From positions 107,431 through 127,430 of IMG/VR virus record IMGVR_UViG_3300020385_000006: a DNA stretch of 20,000 nucleotides. One strand, written 5' to 3'. A program made the translations under genes and the position numbers. The stretch is from an uncultured virus (IMG/VR IMGVR_UViG_3300020385_000006) (Duplodnaviria; Heunggongvirae; Uroviricota; Caudoviricetes). The notes under the pieces were generated by a model. That model searched no databases, had not been told where the DNA came from, and saw only the letters and a list, made by a program, of their open reading frames with translations. This document shows positions 9,218 through 16,690 of this stretch, in pieces. Within the stretch, counting starts at the first letter, position 1, and the number at the start of each line of letters is the position of its first letter.

Positions 9218-9883
9218 TTAATGATAACCATTCAATAATTCTAATAAATCATCAATTGCGCCATGTCTATGAGAATCTTCCAATACAGTTTTAAATACAT
9301 ACTTTGAATTAGTTAGTTTAGACATATCATGATAAGCAGAATAATTTTTATCTTTAAGATCTATTTGATATGAATCTCCGCAAAAAATCATTTTAGAATC
9401 TTTGCCTAATCGACCAATTGCCATGGCGAGTTGAGATCTGGTTAAATTTTGAAATTCATCTACAATAACTACCGCATTATCAAAAGTACGTCCACGAAAA
9501 TGTGCTAATGAACATAATTCGATTGATTCACTTTTTTCCATGGATTCTAATTTATCTGGTTTATTATATACCTTTCGCATATTTGAACGGATAGGAACGA
9601 GCCATGGCTCCATCTTTTCTTTTTCAGATCCTGGTAAAAATCCGTTATCTTCTGTAGCAATTGTAGGCCTAGTAATTACTATTTTATTATATTGGCGTTT
9701 AAAAAATTGATCCAATGCTACTTGTACTGCTAATAACGTTTTACCAGATCCTGCTTTACCGACAATAAAATTGAACGGATGTTCTAAAATTTGCATTTTT
9801 GCTGCTTTTTGTTCTGGTGATAATGATAATGAAAACCGAACTGCACCTTTTGGTGGAGTTTTTTCTGTATTTGCTTTTGCCAT
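9218..9883 (-). CDS. phoH: PhoH-like ATPase
   Basis: GKAGSGKT Walker A plus ITRP, GFLPG..EKMEPW, FRGRTF, IVDEFQN, IGRLG..SKMIFCGD..QIDL and RH motifs typical of the PhoH family. Confidence 0.95.
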   Translation of the reverse strand: MAKANTEKTPPKGAVRFSLSLSPEQKAAKMQILEHPFNFIVGKAGSGKTLLAVQVALDQFFKRQYNKIVITRPTIATEDNGFLPGSEKEKMEPWLVPIRSNMRKVYNKPDKLESMEKSESIELCSLAHFRGRTFDNAVVIVDEFQNLTRSQLAMAIGRLGKDSKMIFCGDSYQIDLKDKNYSAYHDMSKLTNSKYVFKTVLEDSHRHGAIDDLLELLNGYH

Positions 9884-9906
9884 CTCGTGACCCCTTTAGT
9901 TAACTA

Positions 9907-9921
9907 TTTTATATAAATATG
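9907..9921 (-). promoter_or_regulatory. Candidate late promoter CATATTTATATAAAA upstream of phoH
   Basis: Exact copy of the 9199-9213 motif, just downstream of a hairpin that follows the ATPase gene. Confidence 0.55.
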
Positions 9922-9926
9922 TAACA

Positions 9927-9957
9927 GTGAAAGAGCCGGCTATAAACCGACTCTCAC
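9927..9957 (-). terminator. Probable terminator hairpin after the AAA ATPase
   Basis: Minus strand reads GTGAGAGTCGG-TTTATAG-CCGGCTCTTTCAC; the stem is good but the U-tract is weak. Confidence 0.45.
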
Positions 9958-9966
9958 AACAACACA

Positions 9967-10740
9967 CTAACAACCCATTACTTGTTCCGCCACCATTTGT
10001 CTCCAATTTGGAAATCCCATTTGACGAATTCTAATTGCTTTAATTAATGATCGGAAATTTAATTCAACGGCATCAAACTTTTTAAATGCAGATTTCAATG
10101 CACTTAAAGCTTCTTTTTTAATTTTCATGTCTTTAATTTCTGGTTCAATTACCGGAAGTAAATCAGTCATTCTTTTTAACATTTGATTTGGAGTTAATGT
10201 TATATCCAATACAAATGCACGACTACGAATTGCACTATCTACTTTTTGAATTGGTAAATTAGATATAAAAATTATCTTACCAGTAAAATCAAATGATCTA
10301 GGAAGAGCATCACCATCTCTATCTTTAAGAGGTTTAGCTGACATCCAACTAATAACTCGTTTATCGTAACTATCTAAAGCTCCTTTTAATAAGTTAACAC
10401 CATCTGAATCTTTAAATACTGAATCGCAGTCATCAAATATAATTAATTTATCGCTATTTTCAAATAATGTAATAAACATACCTGCTGCAGTACAACGACC
10501 TTTTACATGTACAAAATCAATACCTTCTTCAAATCCTACTTCATCTAATGTTCTTGTAATATTAAATGTCTTTCCTAATCCAGGCATGCCGGTAACAACT
10601 AACGATGGAGAAACTCCAGCCGCTACCATTTTTGTCAAGTTATTCATATCATCAAACATTGCTGAAGGACGTTTCTTTTCTTGGAAAGTTTTAAAATTCA
10701 TTTTCATGTTTTTGGTTTTTTGGTTTTTAGCTATACGCAT
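9967..10740 (-). CDS. P-loop AAA-type ATPase of unknown function (alternative start at 10707)
   Basis: Walker A GMPGLGKT, Walker B IIFDDCD, sensor-1-like IIFISN and arginine-finger-like AIRSR. Confidence 0.85.
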   Translation of the reverse strand: MRIAKNQKTKNMKMNFKTFQEKKRPSAMFDDMNNLTKMVAAGVSPSLVVTGMPGLGKTFNITRTLDEVGFEEGIDFVHVKGRCTAAGMFITLFENSDKLIIFDDCDSVFKDSDGVNLLKGALDSYDKRVISWMSAKPLKDRDGDALPRSFDFTGKIIFISNLPIQKVDSAIRSRAFVLDITLTPNQMLKRMTDLLPVIEPEIKDMKIKKEALSALKSAFKKFDAVELNFRSLIKAIRIRQMGFPNWRQMVAEQVMGC

Positions 10741-10766
10741 ATCTCTATCTTTTAATTACTTATAAT

Positions 10767-10810
10767 TAAAGATAAGGAAAAGATCTCACGCTACCAAATC
10801 TTTTGGCAGC
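10767..10810 (-). promoter_or_regulatory. Bacteroidota-type sigma70 promoter (TTTG-N20-TATCTTTA) with an overlapping inverted repeat
   Basis: TTTG at 10798-10795, a 20-nt spacer, then TATCTTTA at 10774-10767 (consensus TAnnTTTG, one mismatch). The GCTGCCAAA-AGA-TTTGGTAGC dyad spans 10790-10810. Confidence 0.6.
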
Positions 10811-10827
10811 TTTTTTTAAAAAAGTTC

Positions 10828-10856
10828 AAAAAAAAACCCTCCATGGTAGGAGGGCT
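10828..10856 (-). terminator. Rho-independent terminator after the major capsid gene
   Basis: Minus strand AGCCCTCC-TACCAT-GGAGGG followed by nine T. Confidence 0.9.
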
Positions 10857-10880
10857 TTAATATAAAAATAATTTTAAATA

Positions 10881-12617
10881 CTATATAGTATCTAAGCCAT
10901 GAACTAATACTTTACCGTAGAATTCAGGACGAACTATTTTCTTAGCATAACGAGTCATAACACCTTTTCTTGGAGTAAAGTTGTCTGGATCGTATACCAA
11001 TGGAGTCATAATTAATGGAATGTATGGAGAATATACAGCACCTGTTTCTAGGAACTGAGATCCACGATATCCCATTAAAATAGAATTTTCAGTCATATAT
11101 GGATTCTTATAAACTTGGAATCTAGAATTAATAGATCCAACTTTTTGAACACCCATTGCAAACTGCATTTTATCACCATCTGTATCAGCAGCATATCCTG
11201 GAATAGATTCTAGGATAGTCGCAACAGTTGGAGAACATACAAGGAAGTTAGCTCCACCTCTTAAAGTTAATTGGTGAATTTTGTTCGAAACTTTTTGTAT
11301 TTTAGTACCTAAAGTTTGGAACCATGTTCCTTGGTTATATGCTTGAGCTGCAGAATTTCCGGCATTAAATCCACCAACGGCTGCATTATACTCATAACCT
11401 ACTTTCGCAGACCATCTTTCAACAGTTTGAGCATTTTCTTGTAACATGCCTAAAATTTCTAAATCAATTTCTTGCGAAACGTATTCAGATAACATGCTAG
11501 TCAATTCTGCTTCAGCATCAATTGAATGATATGCATTTAAATCTTGGGCAAATTCTGGAGTCCATACTGCCTTCAACTTACGTGTCTTTGCAACAATGGC
11601 TTCAGATCTCATTTCAAGATTAATTTCTGGAATATTTAAAGAAGTGGAGCCGTTCATGTCTTCGTTAGGAGCTTGATCTTCGTAGTCACCTCTAGTAATA
11701 TCAGATGGTTGTAACGCAAATGATACTTTAAATGCAGATGTCGCTTTGATATCTGCATCTTTCTTAATTAAGAATTCAATATGCGAACCGTTAGCAGTTG
11801 TTCTAGTAAATTCTGGATAGAATGCATTTGATCCAGACAAGTTAAATGAACGAACAGCTTCTTGATCATAACGAGCAGCTACAGATGCATCTGAATGTAA
11901 TGATTTAGAAGGTACTGATAAAATAACATGATTATCACCATGTACAGATGCAGAAAACTCAGAATTAAAGTTTGTAAAGATACCTAACTCTGTAGCAGTC
12001 ATTGCATCACCTGCTGATGCAGCAGTAGATGTAAATAAACCAGTAGTTGCAGATATAGAACCAGTTCTTGCAGTAGTAATTCCAGATTCACCTAATGTAA
12101 CAGAAGCACCTTCCACCATATTAACTGAATATCCAAAACGACCTGGGCCATAAAGACCTTCAGTTCCTGGTGTTCCTTTACGAGCATCAGTGATACCAAA
12201 TACAGAATCAGATTGAGCATCTTTTCCTTGACCAGTCAAGAAATCATTTCCACCTGCTTGGTCAATTTGATTAACCGCAGTACCATATTTAAAGTCTAAG
12301 TAAAATACTAGACCAGATGGTAAGTTCATTGGTTGTACAGAAACAAAGTCTTTAGCAGCAATTTCAGCAAAAATTCTACGAACTAATGGAAGAGCTACCC
12401 CTGACCATTCTTCTGAATTTGAGTTTCCACCTGTCGCAGATGCTTCTGTTACCAATTGCTTGGCTTGGTTCTCTAAAAGAACGGCCATGCCTTTTCTTTC
12501 AACCTCTGATGATAATCCTTCCAATAAACCAGTCCTTTCCCACTTACGTTCAAGTGCGATAGCAGCTGCATTTTGATTGGCACGACCATCTTGAGGCAAT
12601 AATGAATTTATATTCAT
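10881..12617 (-). CDS. gp23: Major capsid protein, T4 gp23-like (578 aa)
   Basis: LLENQ, PLVRR, VSVQPMNLPSGLVFYL, AKTRKLKAVWTPEFAQDLNAYHSIDAEAEL, YSPYIPL and FTPRKGVMTRYA are gp23 hallmarks. Confidence 0.97.
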   Translation of the reverse strand: MNINSLLPQDGRANQNAAAIALERKWERTGLLEGLSSEVERKGMAVLLENQAKQLVTEASATGGNSNSEEWSGVALPLVRRIFAEIAAKDFVSVQPMNLPSGLVFYLDFKYGTAVNQIDQAGGNDFLTGQGKDAQSDSVFGITDARKGTPGTEGLYGPGRFGYSVNMVEGASVTLGESGITTARTGSISATTGLFTSTAASAGDAMTATELGIFTNFNSEFSASVHGDNHVILSVPSKSLHSDASVAARYDQEAVRSFNLSGSNAFYPEFTRTTANGSHIEFLIKKDADIKATSAFKVSFALQPSDITRGDYEDQAPNEDMNGSTSLNIPEINLEMRSEAIVAKTRKLKAVWTPEFAQDLNAYHSIDAEAELTSMLSEYVSQEIDLEILGMLQENAQTVERWSAKVGYEYNAAVGGFNAGNSAAQAYNQGTWFQTLGTKIQKVSNKIHQLTLRGGANFLVCSPTVATILESIPGYAADTDGDKMQFAMGVQKVGSINSRFQVYKNPYMTENSILMGYRGSQFLETGAVYSPYIPLIMTPLVYDPDNFTPRKGVMTRYAKKIVRPEFYGKVLVHGLDTI

Positions 12618-12630
12618 TTTCTTTTCCTTT

Positions 12631-13536
12631 TTACAGATTAGCTAATTTTTTCCATCTAGCAGATAATGCAGTACCTTCAGAAATCACTTTCTTTGGAGCT
12701 GTTGACCGACTAGGTGTAGAAGCATAGCTTTCTTTGATTGATCTTTTTGTTTTACCATTCAAGTTAAACGATTCAGATAATGTAGCATAAACTAATTTTA
12801 CTTCACGAATAGATGAAGCGCGATCAAAGTTTTCAATTACTTTCATTTTCTGAGATTCATTCATTGAATGATTTTTAAACAATTTGTTTGAGAATAATAA
12901 TTTTGCATTAAGAAGATTAACTTCATTAATTTTACCTTTCAAGAATCGAATAACGTTGTAAGCTTCTTCTAAGTCTTTTTTAGATTCGCCTTCATCTTCT
13001 TTAGCTTCTTCCACAGGGGTTTCATCTGCTTCATCTTCTTCTCTTAAAGCATTAATAATTTCATCAATAGAAATATCTTCATCTACTTCATCGCCGCGGC
13101 CTTCTTCAGCCACAGGAGCATCATCTTCACCTTCTGCATTTTCTGCAACTGGTTCTTCAGAAGCTGGTTCTTCTTCTTCATGAATTTCAGATTCTAATTC
13201 TTTGATAATCGCTTCTAATTCTAGATCTTCATCTTCAGCTACCGGCTCATCTTCAGGTGCCATTTCTTCAGAATGAACATCCATTGGATCTTCATCTGCA
13301 TCCATGATACCTCTGCCTTCAGCTGCTACTGGCTCTTCCACCGGTGGTTCTTCAGCTACTGGTTCAGCTTCTAATTCTGGTTCATCTAAACCTTCTTCTT
13401 CAGCTAATTTAGCAGATAACATTGATTGTAATCTAGGAGTAAAAGCTTCTTCTAATGCAATTTTAGCATTAGCAAGTGCAGTTTCTCTTACGGCTTTCGC
13501 GTCTGCAATTGCTTCTTTTAATAAATCATTTGCCAT
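12631..13536 (-). CDS. Prohead core/scaffolding protein (gp22-like position)
   Basis: Lies immediately upstream of the MCP. It has a very acidic low-complexity centre (EEPVAE repeats), helical termini and a C-terminal RWKKLANL. Confidence 0.75.
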   Translation of the reverse strand: MANDLLKEAIADAKAVRETALANAKIALEEAFTPRLQSMLSAKLAEEEGLDEPELEAEPVAEEPPVEEPVAAEGRGIMDADEDPMDVHSEEMAPEDEPVAEDEDLELEAIIKELESEIHEEEEPASEEPVAENAEGEDDAPVAEEGRGDEVDEDISIDEIINALREEDEADETPVEEAKEDEGESKKDLEEAYNVIRFLKGKINEVNLLNAKLLFSNKLFKNHSMNESQKMKVIENFDRASSIREVKLVYATLSESFNLNGKTKRSIKESYASTPSRSTAPKKVISEGTALSARWKKLANL

Positions 13537-13666
13537 GATTTTTCCTCTTATTTAATTTGGAAATAAGGCTATTAAGAGCCTCAATAGGAAGTACTAATGT
13601 ACTTATTTAGATAGAATTCGAGTGACCGATTATTAAAATACGGTATCGTTAACATTTATATATATG
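13537..13666 (-). promoter_or_regulatory. Structured 5' leader of the scaffold-MCP operon with an upstream CATATATATAAA promoter-like motif
   Basis: Three stems on the minus strand (ACCG..CGGT, AAGTAC..GTACTT, AGGCT..AGCCT), followed by a GAGG SD-like motif. Confidence 0.45.
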
Positions 13667-13698
13667 CAGTAATTTACAAAAACATTCGTTTAAAACGT

Positions 13699-13718
13699 AA
13701 AAAAGTGCCAAAAGGCAC
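13699..13718 (-). terminator. Rho-independent terminator after bS21
   Basis: Minus strand GTGCC-TTTT-GGCAC-TTTTTT, 5 nt after the stop codon. Confidence 0.8.
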
Positions 13719-13723
13719 AATTT

Positions 13724-13975
13724 TTACTGATTCTGGTCATCTAACCATTGATAATACTTGGCTCGATCAACCTCCTCTTTTCGTTTTTGACCTTTTGATT
13801 TAAATTCTTTACGGTCTTTTAATTCTTGAATCTTCCCAGATTCTTTTAATTCTCTTTTAAAAGCTTTTAATGCTGAGTTTATATCACCTTTTGGATATTG
13901 TTTTGTTGATAAAACTTTAACAGCTACACCTGCACCAGGTATAATACTTTTGAAATGTTTACTTTGTTTACTCAT
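13724..13975 (-). CDS. rpsU: Phage-encoded ribosomal protein bS21 homologue (83 aa)
   Basis: VAVKV..GDINSALKAFKRELKESGKIQELKDRKEF..K..KRKEE..RAKYYQ fits the bS21 pattern (VxV..IxxALRRFKR...G...ELRxRxxF). The position among terminase, portal, protease and MCP genes matches described bS21 phages. Confidence 0.85.
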   Translation of the reverse strand: MSKQSKHFKSIIPGAGVAVKVLSTKQYPKGDINSALKAFKRELKESGKIQELKDRKEFKSKGQKRKEEVDRAKYYQWLDDQNQ

Positions 13976-14031
13976 GTAACTTATTTTATTTTAATATTAA
14001 TTGATAATATAACAAATATATTTCAAACGTC

Positions 14032-14445
14032 CTAATCTTCTGATAAAGATTCACCTATCTTATAATAACGATTTAAAACAGTACCCATATCTTCATATGC
14101 CGATTCTAAACGTTGTTGCATTGAACTCATCTCTGTTGCAGTTTTTTCAAAAACTTTATAAGCTTCATTCATTTGTTTCATATGTCTAGAAGTAGTAACA
14201 TTATCAAACCAATGTTCAGTTTCTGATAAAGTCATCTTTTCTGCCCGTTCTACCACGCTTTTTAGAGTCTCTGCAACTTCTTTTAATCTACCCGAACCAT
14301 ATACCATCTCACCTAACTTATGAAAATTACCGACTGCTTCAAGAAACTCATTACGTTCTTCTTTTGTCATTTTTTCATCATCTGTTTCTCCTAAATATTT
14401 TTCATTTAAGATATGCTTCATTAATTTGTTTTCGTATTTGTTCAT
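14032..14445 (-). CDS. Hypothetical helical protein (137 aa), head module
   Basis: AGGAG upstream, TAATG overlap with the upstream gene and coiled-coil-like composition. Confidence 0.8.
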   Translation of the reverse strand: MNKYENKLMKHILNEKYLGETDDEKMTKEERNEFLEAVGNFHKLGEMVYGSGRLKEVAETLKSVVERAEKMTLSETEHWFDNVTTSRHMKQMNEAYKVFEKTATEMSSMQQRLESAYEDMGTVLNRYYKIGESLSED

Positions 14446-14747
14446 TATATATCTCCTATATCTGCAGAAAAAGTATCTTGTTTAGCTAAATTTTGTTTCC
14501 GATCTAACATTTTTCCCATTGCAGCAACTTGCTTTTCTGCTCCTTGCAAATATCTAGCAACTTGATTTTGTAATTGTTGATATTGAGGATCACCAGTTTC
14601 TTCATCTTTAGCTTCTAATGCAGTTACTATTTCTTTTTGAAAATCTTCCATTGCTGTGAGTAGTCCATTTGTTTGTTCAATAAAGTATGCATAATCAACT
14701 GGTTCTGATTGTTCCTTTAATAATTTACTTAATTTTATCCTACTCAT
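14445..14747 (-). CDS. Hypothetical helical protein (~100 aa; likely start MSRIKLSKLL at 14747 rather than 14837)
   Basis: The ATG at 14747 has GGAG 7 nt upstream and overlaps the end of the upstream gene by 8 nt; the longer start would overlap it by 98 nt. Confidence 0.7.
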   Translation of the reverse strand: MSRIKLSKLLKEQSEPVDYAYFIEQTNGLLTAMEDFQKEIVTALEAKDEETGDPQYQQLQNQVARYLQGAEKQVAAMGKMLDRKQNLAKQDTFSADIGDI

Positions 14748-14949
14748 AACTTCTCTCCGCTGGTATATTTCCGAACACGTCCGGTCCAGATGGTTTAGTT
14801 CCATTTTTTGATTTACTAGCATATTTACTACGACCATCCTCTAATCCTGATGTTCCTTCATTTGCCAATGTATCAAATACTTCGCCAGTACCTTTTGATC
14901 CTTTTTTATTATAAGGACCGTATTGTGATTGTAAATCTTCTAATGCCAT
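14740..14949 (-). CDS. Small hypothetical protein (69 aa)
   Basis: Starts 2 nt after the protease stop with GGAG upstream; internal pseudo-repeat LEDLQSQY / LEDGRSKY. Confidence 0.7.
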   Translation of the reverse strand: MALEDLQSQYGPYNKKGSKGTGEVFDTLANEGTSGLEDGRSKYASKSKNGTKPSGPDVFGNIPAERSYE

Positions 14950-14951
14950 AA

Positions 14952-15557
14952 TTAAAACTCCGTTATAATATCAGTAATAATACGTTCTACATTTGCAAAT
15001 TTATTTGCAGTAACAGATCCTTTAGATTCATTTACTGGAGATAAAAATGCTCCATGAGTGGATGGATTAGAAACAAAGTCAAATGCAATTAATTCAAAGT
15101 CTGGCTGTACCTCTAATGTATCTCCGCCTTCTCTCATTACTTCTTTAACAGATCCCATTCCTCGTGATGATATACCTAATCGTATACCTGATTTAAAAAG
15201 TTCTTTAAGAATATTTCCTGCAGGAGTTCCTAACACTTCAACTTTACCTACCAAATCATCCCCTTGCCATCCCATTTCTAAAACGTTATGAGATACATTA
15301 TTTAAATTAACTACCGATGAATCCGGATGATCCAATTCTCCTAATGCACGTCGTTCTTTGATAAATGTAGCAGAATAATTATTTGCTTCACGCATTAAAG
15401 TTTCTTTTGGATAAATTCTTCCATTTTGATTTTTTGCTTCTGCTCTCTGAAGAACTCCTTTTACAATTAATTTACCATTATTTTGAGTTAATGATTCATT
15501 TATTGCTTGGGGTGATACTTCAAATACTGTATAATCTACTAAAAGTTGCTTATTCAT
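14952..15557 (-). CDS. gp21: Prohead core protein protease, T4 gp21-like
   Basis: KNQNGRIYP, ALGELDHP (catalytic His), LGISSRGMGS (catalytic Ser) and FDFVSNPS. Confidence 0.96.
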   Translation of the reverse strand: MNKQLLVDYTVFEVSPQAINESLTQNNGKLIVKGVLQRAEAKNQNGRIYPKETLMREANNYSATFIKERRALGELDHPDSSVVNLNNVSHNVLEMGWQGDDLVGKVEVLGTPAGNILKELFKSGIRLGISSRGMGSVKEVMREGGDTLEVQPDFELIAFDFVSNPSTHGAFLSPVNESKGSVTANKFANVERIITDIITEF

Positions 15558-15559
15558 TT

Positions 15560-15712
15560 TTATCCTTTATTATATAATCCTGAATTTATAAAAGCAACGT
15601 GTTGTTCGTATCGCTTTCTTTCATCTGCATATTTACGTTTTTGTTCTTGTAATGTTAAATTTTGGTTTTCTTTAGCCTTTACAAATTGTTGCCAAGTTCT
15701 ATTTAATATCAT
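15560..15712 (-). CDS. Small hypothetical protein (50 aa), not in the ORF track
   Basis: MILNRTWQQFVKAKENQNLTLQEQKRKYADERKRYEQHVAFINSGLYNKG*. It has an ATGA overlap with the upstream stop, AAGGA upstream, and fills the gap to gp21. Confidence 0.7.
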   Translation of the reverse strand: MILNRTWQQFVKAKENQNLTLQEQKRKYADERKRYEQHVAFINSGLYNKG

Positions 15713-16356
15713 TGTGATAGTTCCTTTAATCGATTTGCTACTCGTAACATGCGTTCATTAATTTTTGCAAAACGTCTACCAGTTGCTTTCCAGAAATGGC
15801 CGGACTGTACTCCCATTTCGGTTTTCAATCGTAAATTGTTATTGACGATTTTTTCCATCTCGCCTAACATTTTATTAACTTCCATGATACCTCTGTTAAC
15901 TTTTTGTTGAGGAGTTGATGTAGGATCTTTTTTATAATCGCGATATGAAATTTCATGAAGATCTTCCATAGTTGATATCATTTTTTTATACATACTTTCA
16001 AAATGCTTTTCAGAAGATTTAGATTTTTTATAATCAAATACTTCTGCATTATCATTTTCATCTTCTGATTTACCAAATGCATGAGGAGTTTTTACAGGAC
16101 CTTCGCCGCCATCTAAATTACCAGTCACATTAGCTTCTTCTAATTCTTTATCTTTAACAGCCTTTTTCATTGGCTCTTTTTTATCACCATCACCGTCCAT
16201 ATCTAAATAATCTGGCTTAGCGGCTTCATCAACTTCTTTATCTTTAACGGCCTTTTTAAAAGGCTCTGTTTTATCACCATCTTTATCTACGTCCATGAAA
16301 TCGGGTTTAGCTTTTGCTTCTTGTAAATATTTTTGCAATTCTTCGATTAGTTTCAT
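15709..16356 (-). CDS. Hypothetical prohead-associated protein (215 aa) with two DxDxDG repeats
   Basis: AKPDFMDVDKDGDKTEPFKKAVKDKE / AKPDYLDMDGDGDKKEPMKKAVKDKE duplication and a helical C-terminus. Confidence 0.8.
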   Translation of the reverse strand: MKLIEELQKYLQEAKAKPDFMDVDKDGDKTEPFKKAVKDKEVDEAAKPDYLDMDGDGDKKEPMKKAVKDKELEEANVTGNLDGGEGPVKTPHAFGKSEDENDNAEVFDYKKSKSSEKHFESMYKKMISTMEDLHEISYRDYKKDPTSTPQQKVNRGIMEVNKMLGEMEKIVNNNLRLKTEMGVQSGHFWKATGRRFAKINERMLRVANRLKELSQ

Positions 16357-16360
16357 AACA

Positions 16361-16690
16361 TTATCCTATTTTAATACCTTTAAATACAAATATCTTAGGG
16401 GTGTCTGCAACTGAACCTGAAATTTGAATTACAGACAAATCATGTATTTCTCCAGTATTTAGATTAGGTGCATATAATTCGCCTCCCTGGACTAAACTCA
16501 TTGTCGCTTTTCCAGGAGCAGCTATCAATACGGGGCCATAACCTAACATCGATCCGGTAAAATCGACTTGCCCTCCGGTATATTCATATACTGCATTATA
16601 TTTTCCAGTACCTGGATGTATGTTATGTGCATAATATGCATCTGATATACTTGACGATACCCAATATGGATTATCATATACTCTAGCCAT
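16361..16690 (-). CDS. Hypothetical beta-rich protein (109 aa), possible virion surface protein
   Basis: TAATG overlap with the upstream gene and GGAG upstream. Confidence 0.75.
   Translation of the reverse strand: MARVYDNPYWVSSSISDAYYAHNIHPGTGKYNAVYEYTGGQVDFTGSMLGYGPVLIAAPGKATMSLVQGGELYAPNLNTGEIHDLSVIQISGSVADTPKIFVFKGIKIG

Noticed and set aside
14748..14837. Extended N-terminus of the 14445-14837 ORF
   Set aside because: It overlaps the 69-aa gene, and a better start with GGAG exists at 14747.
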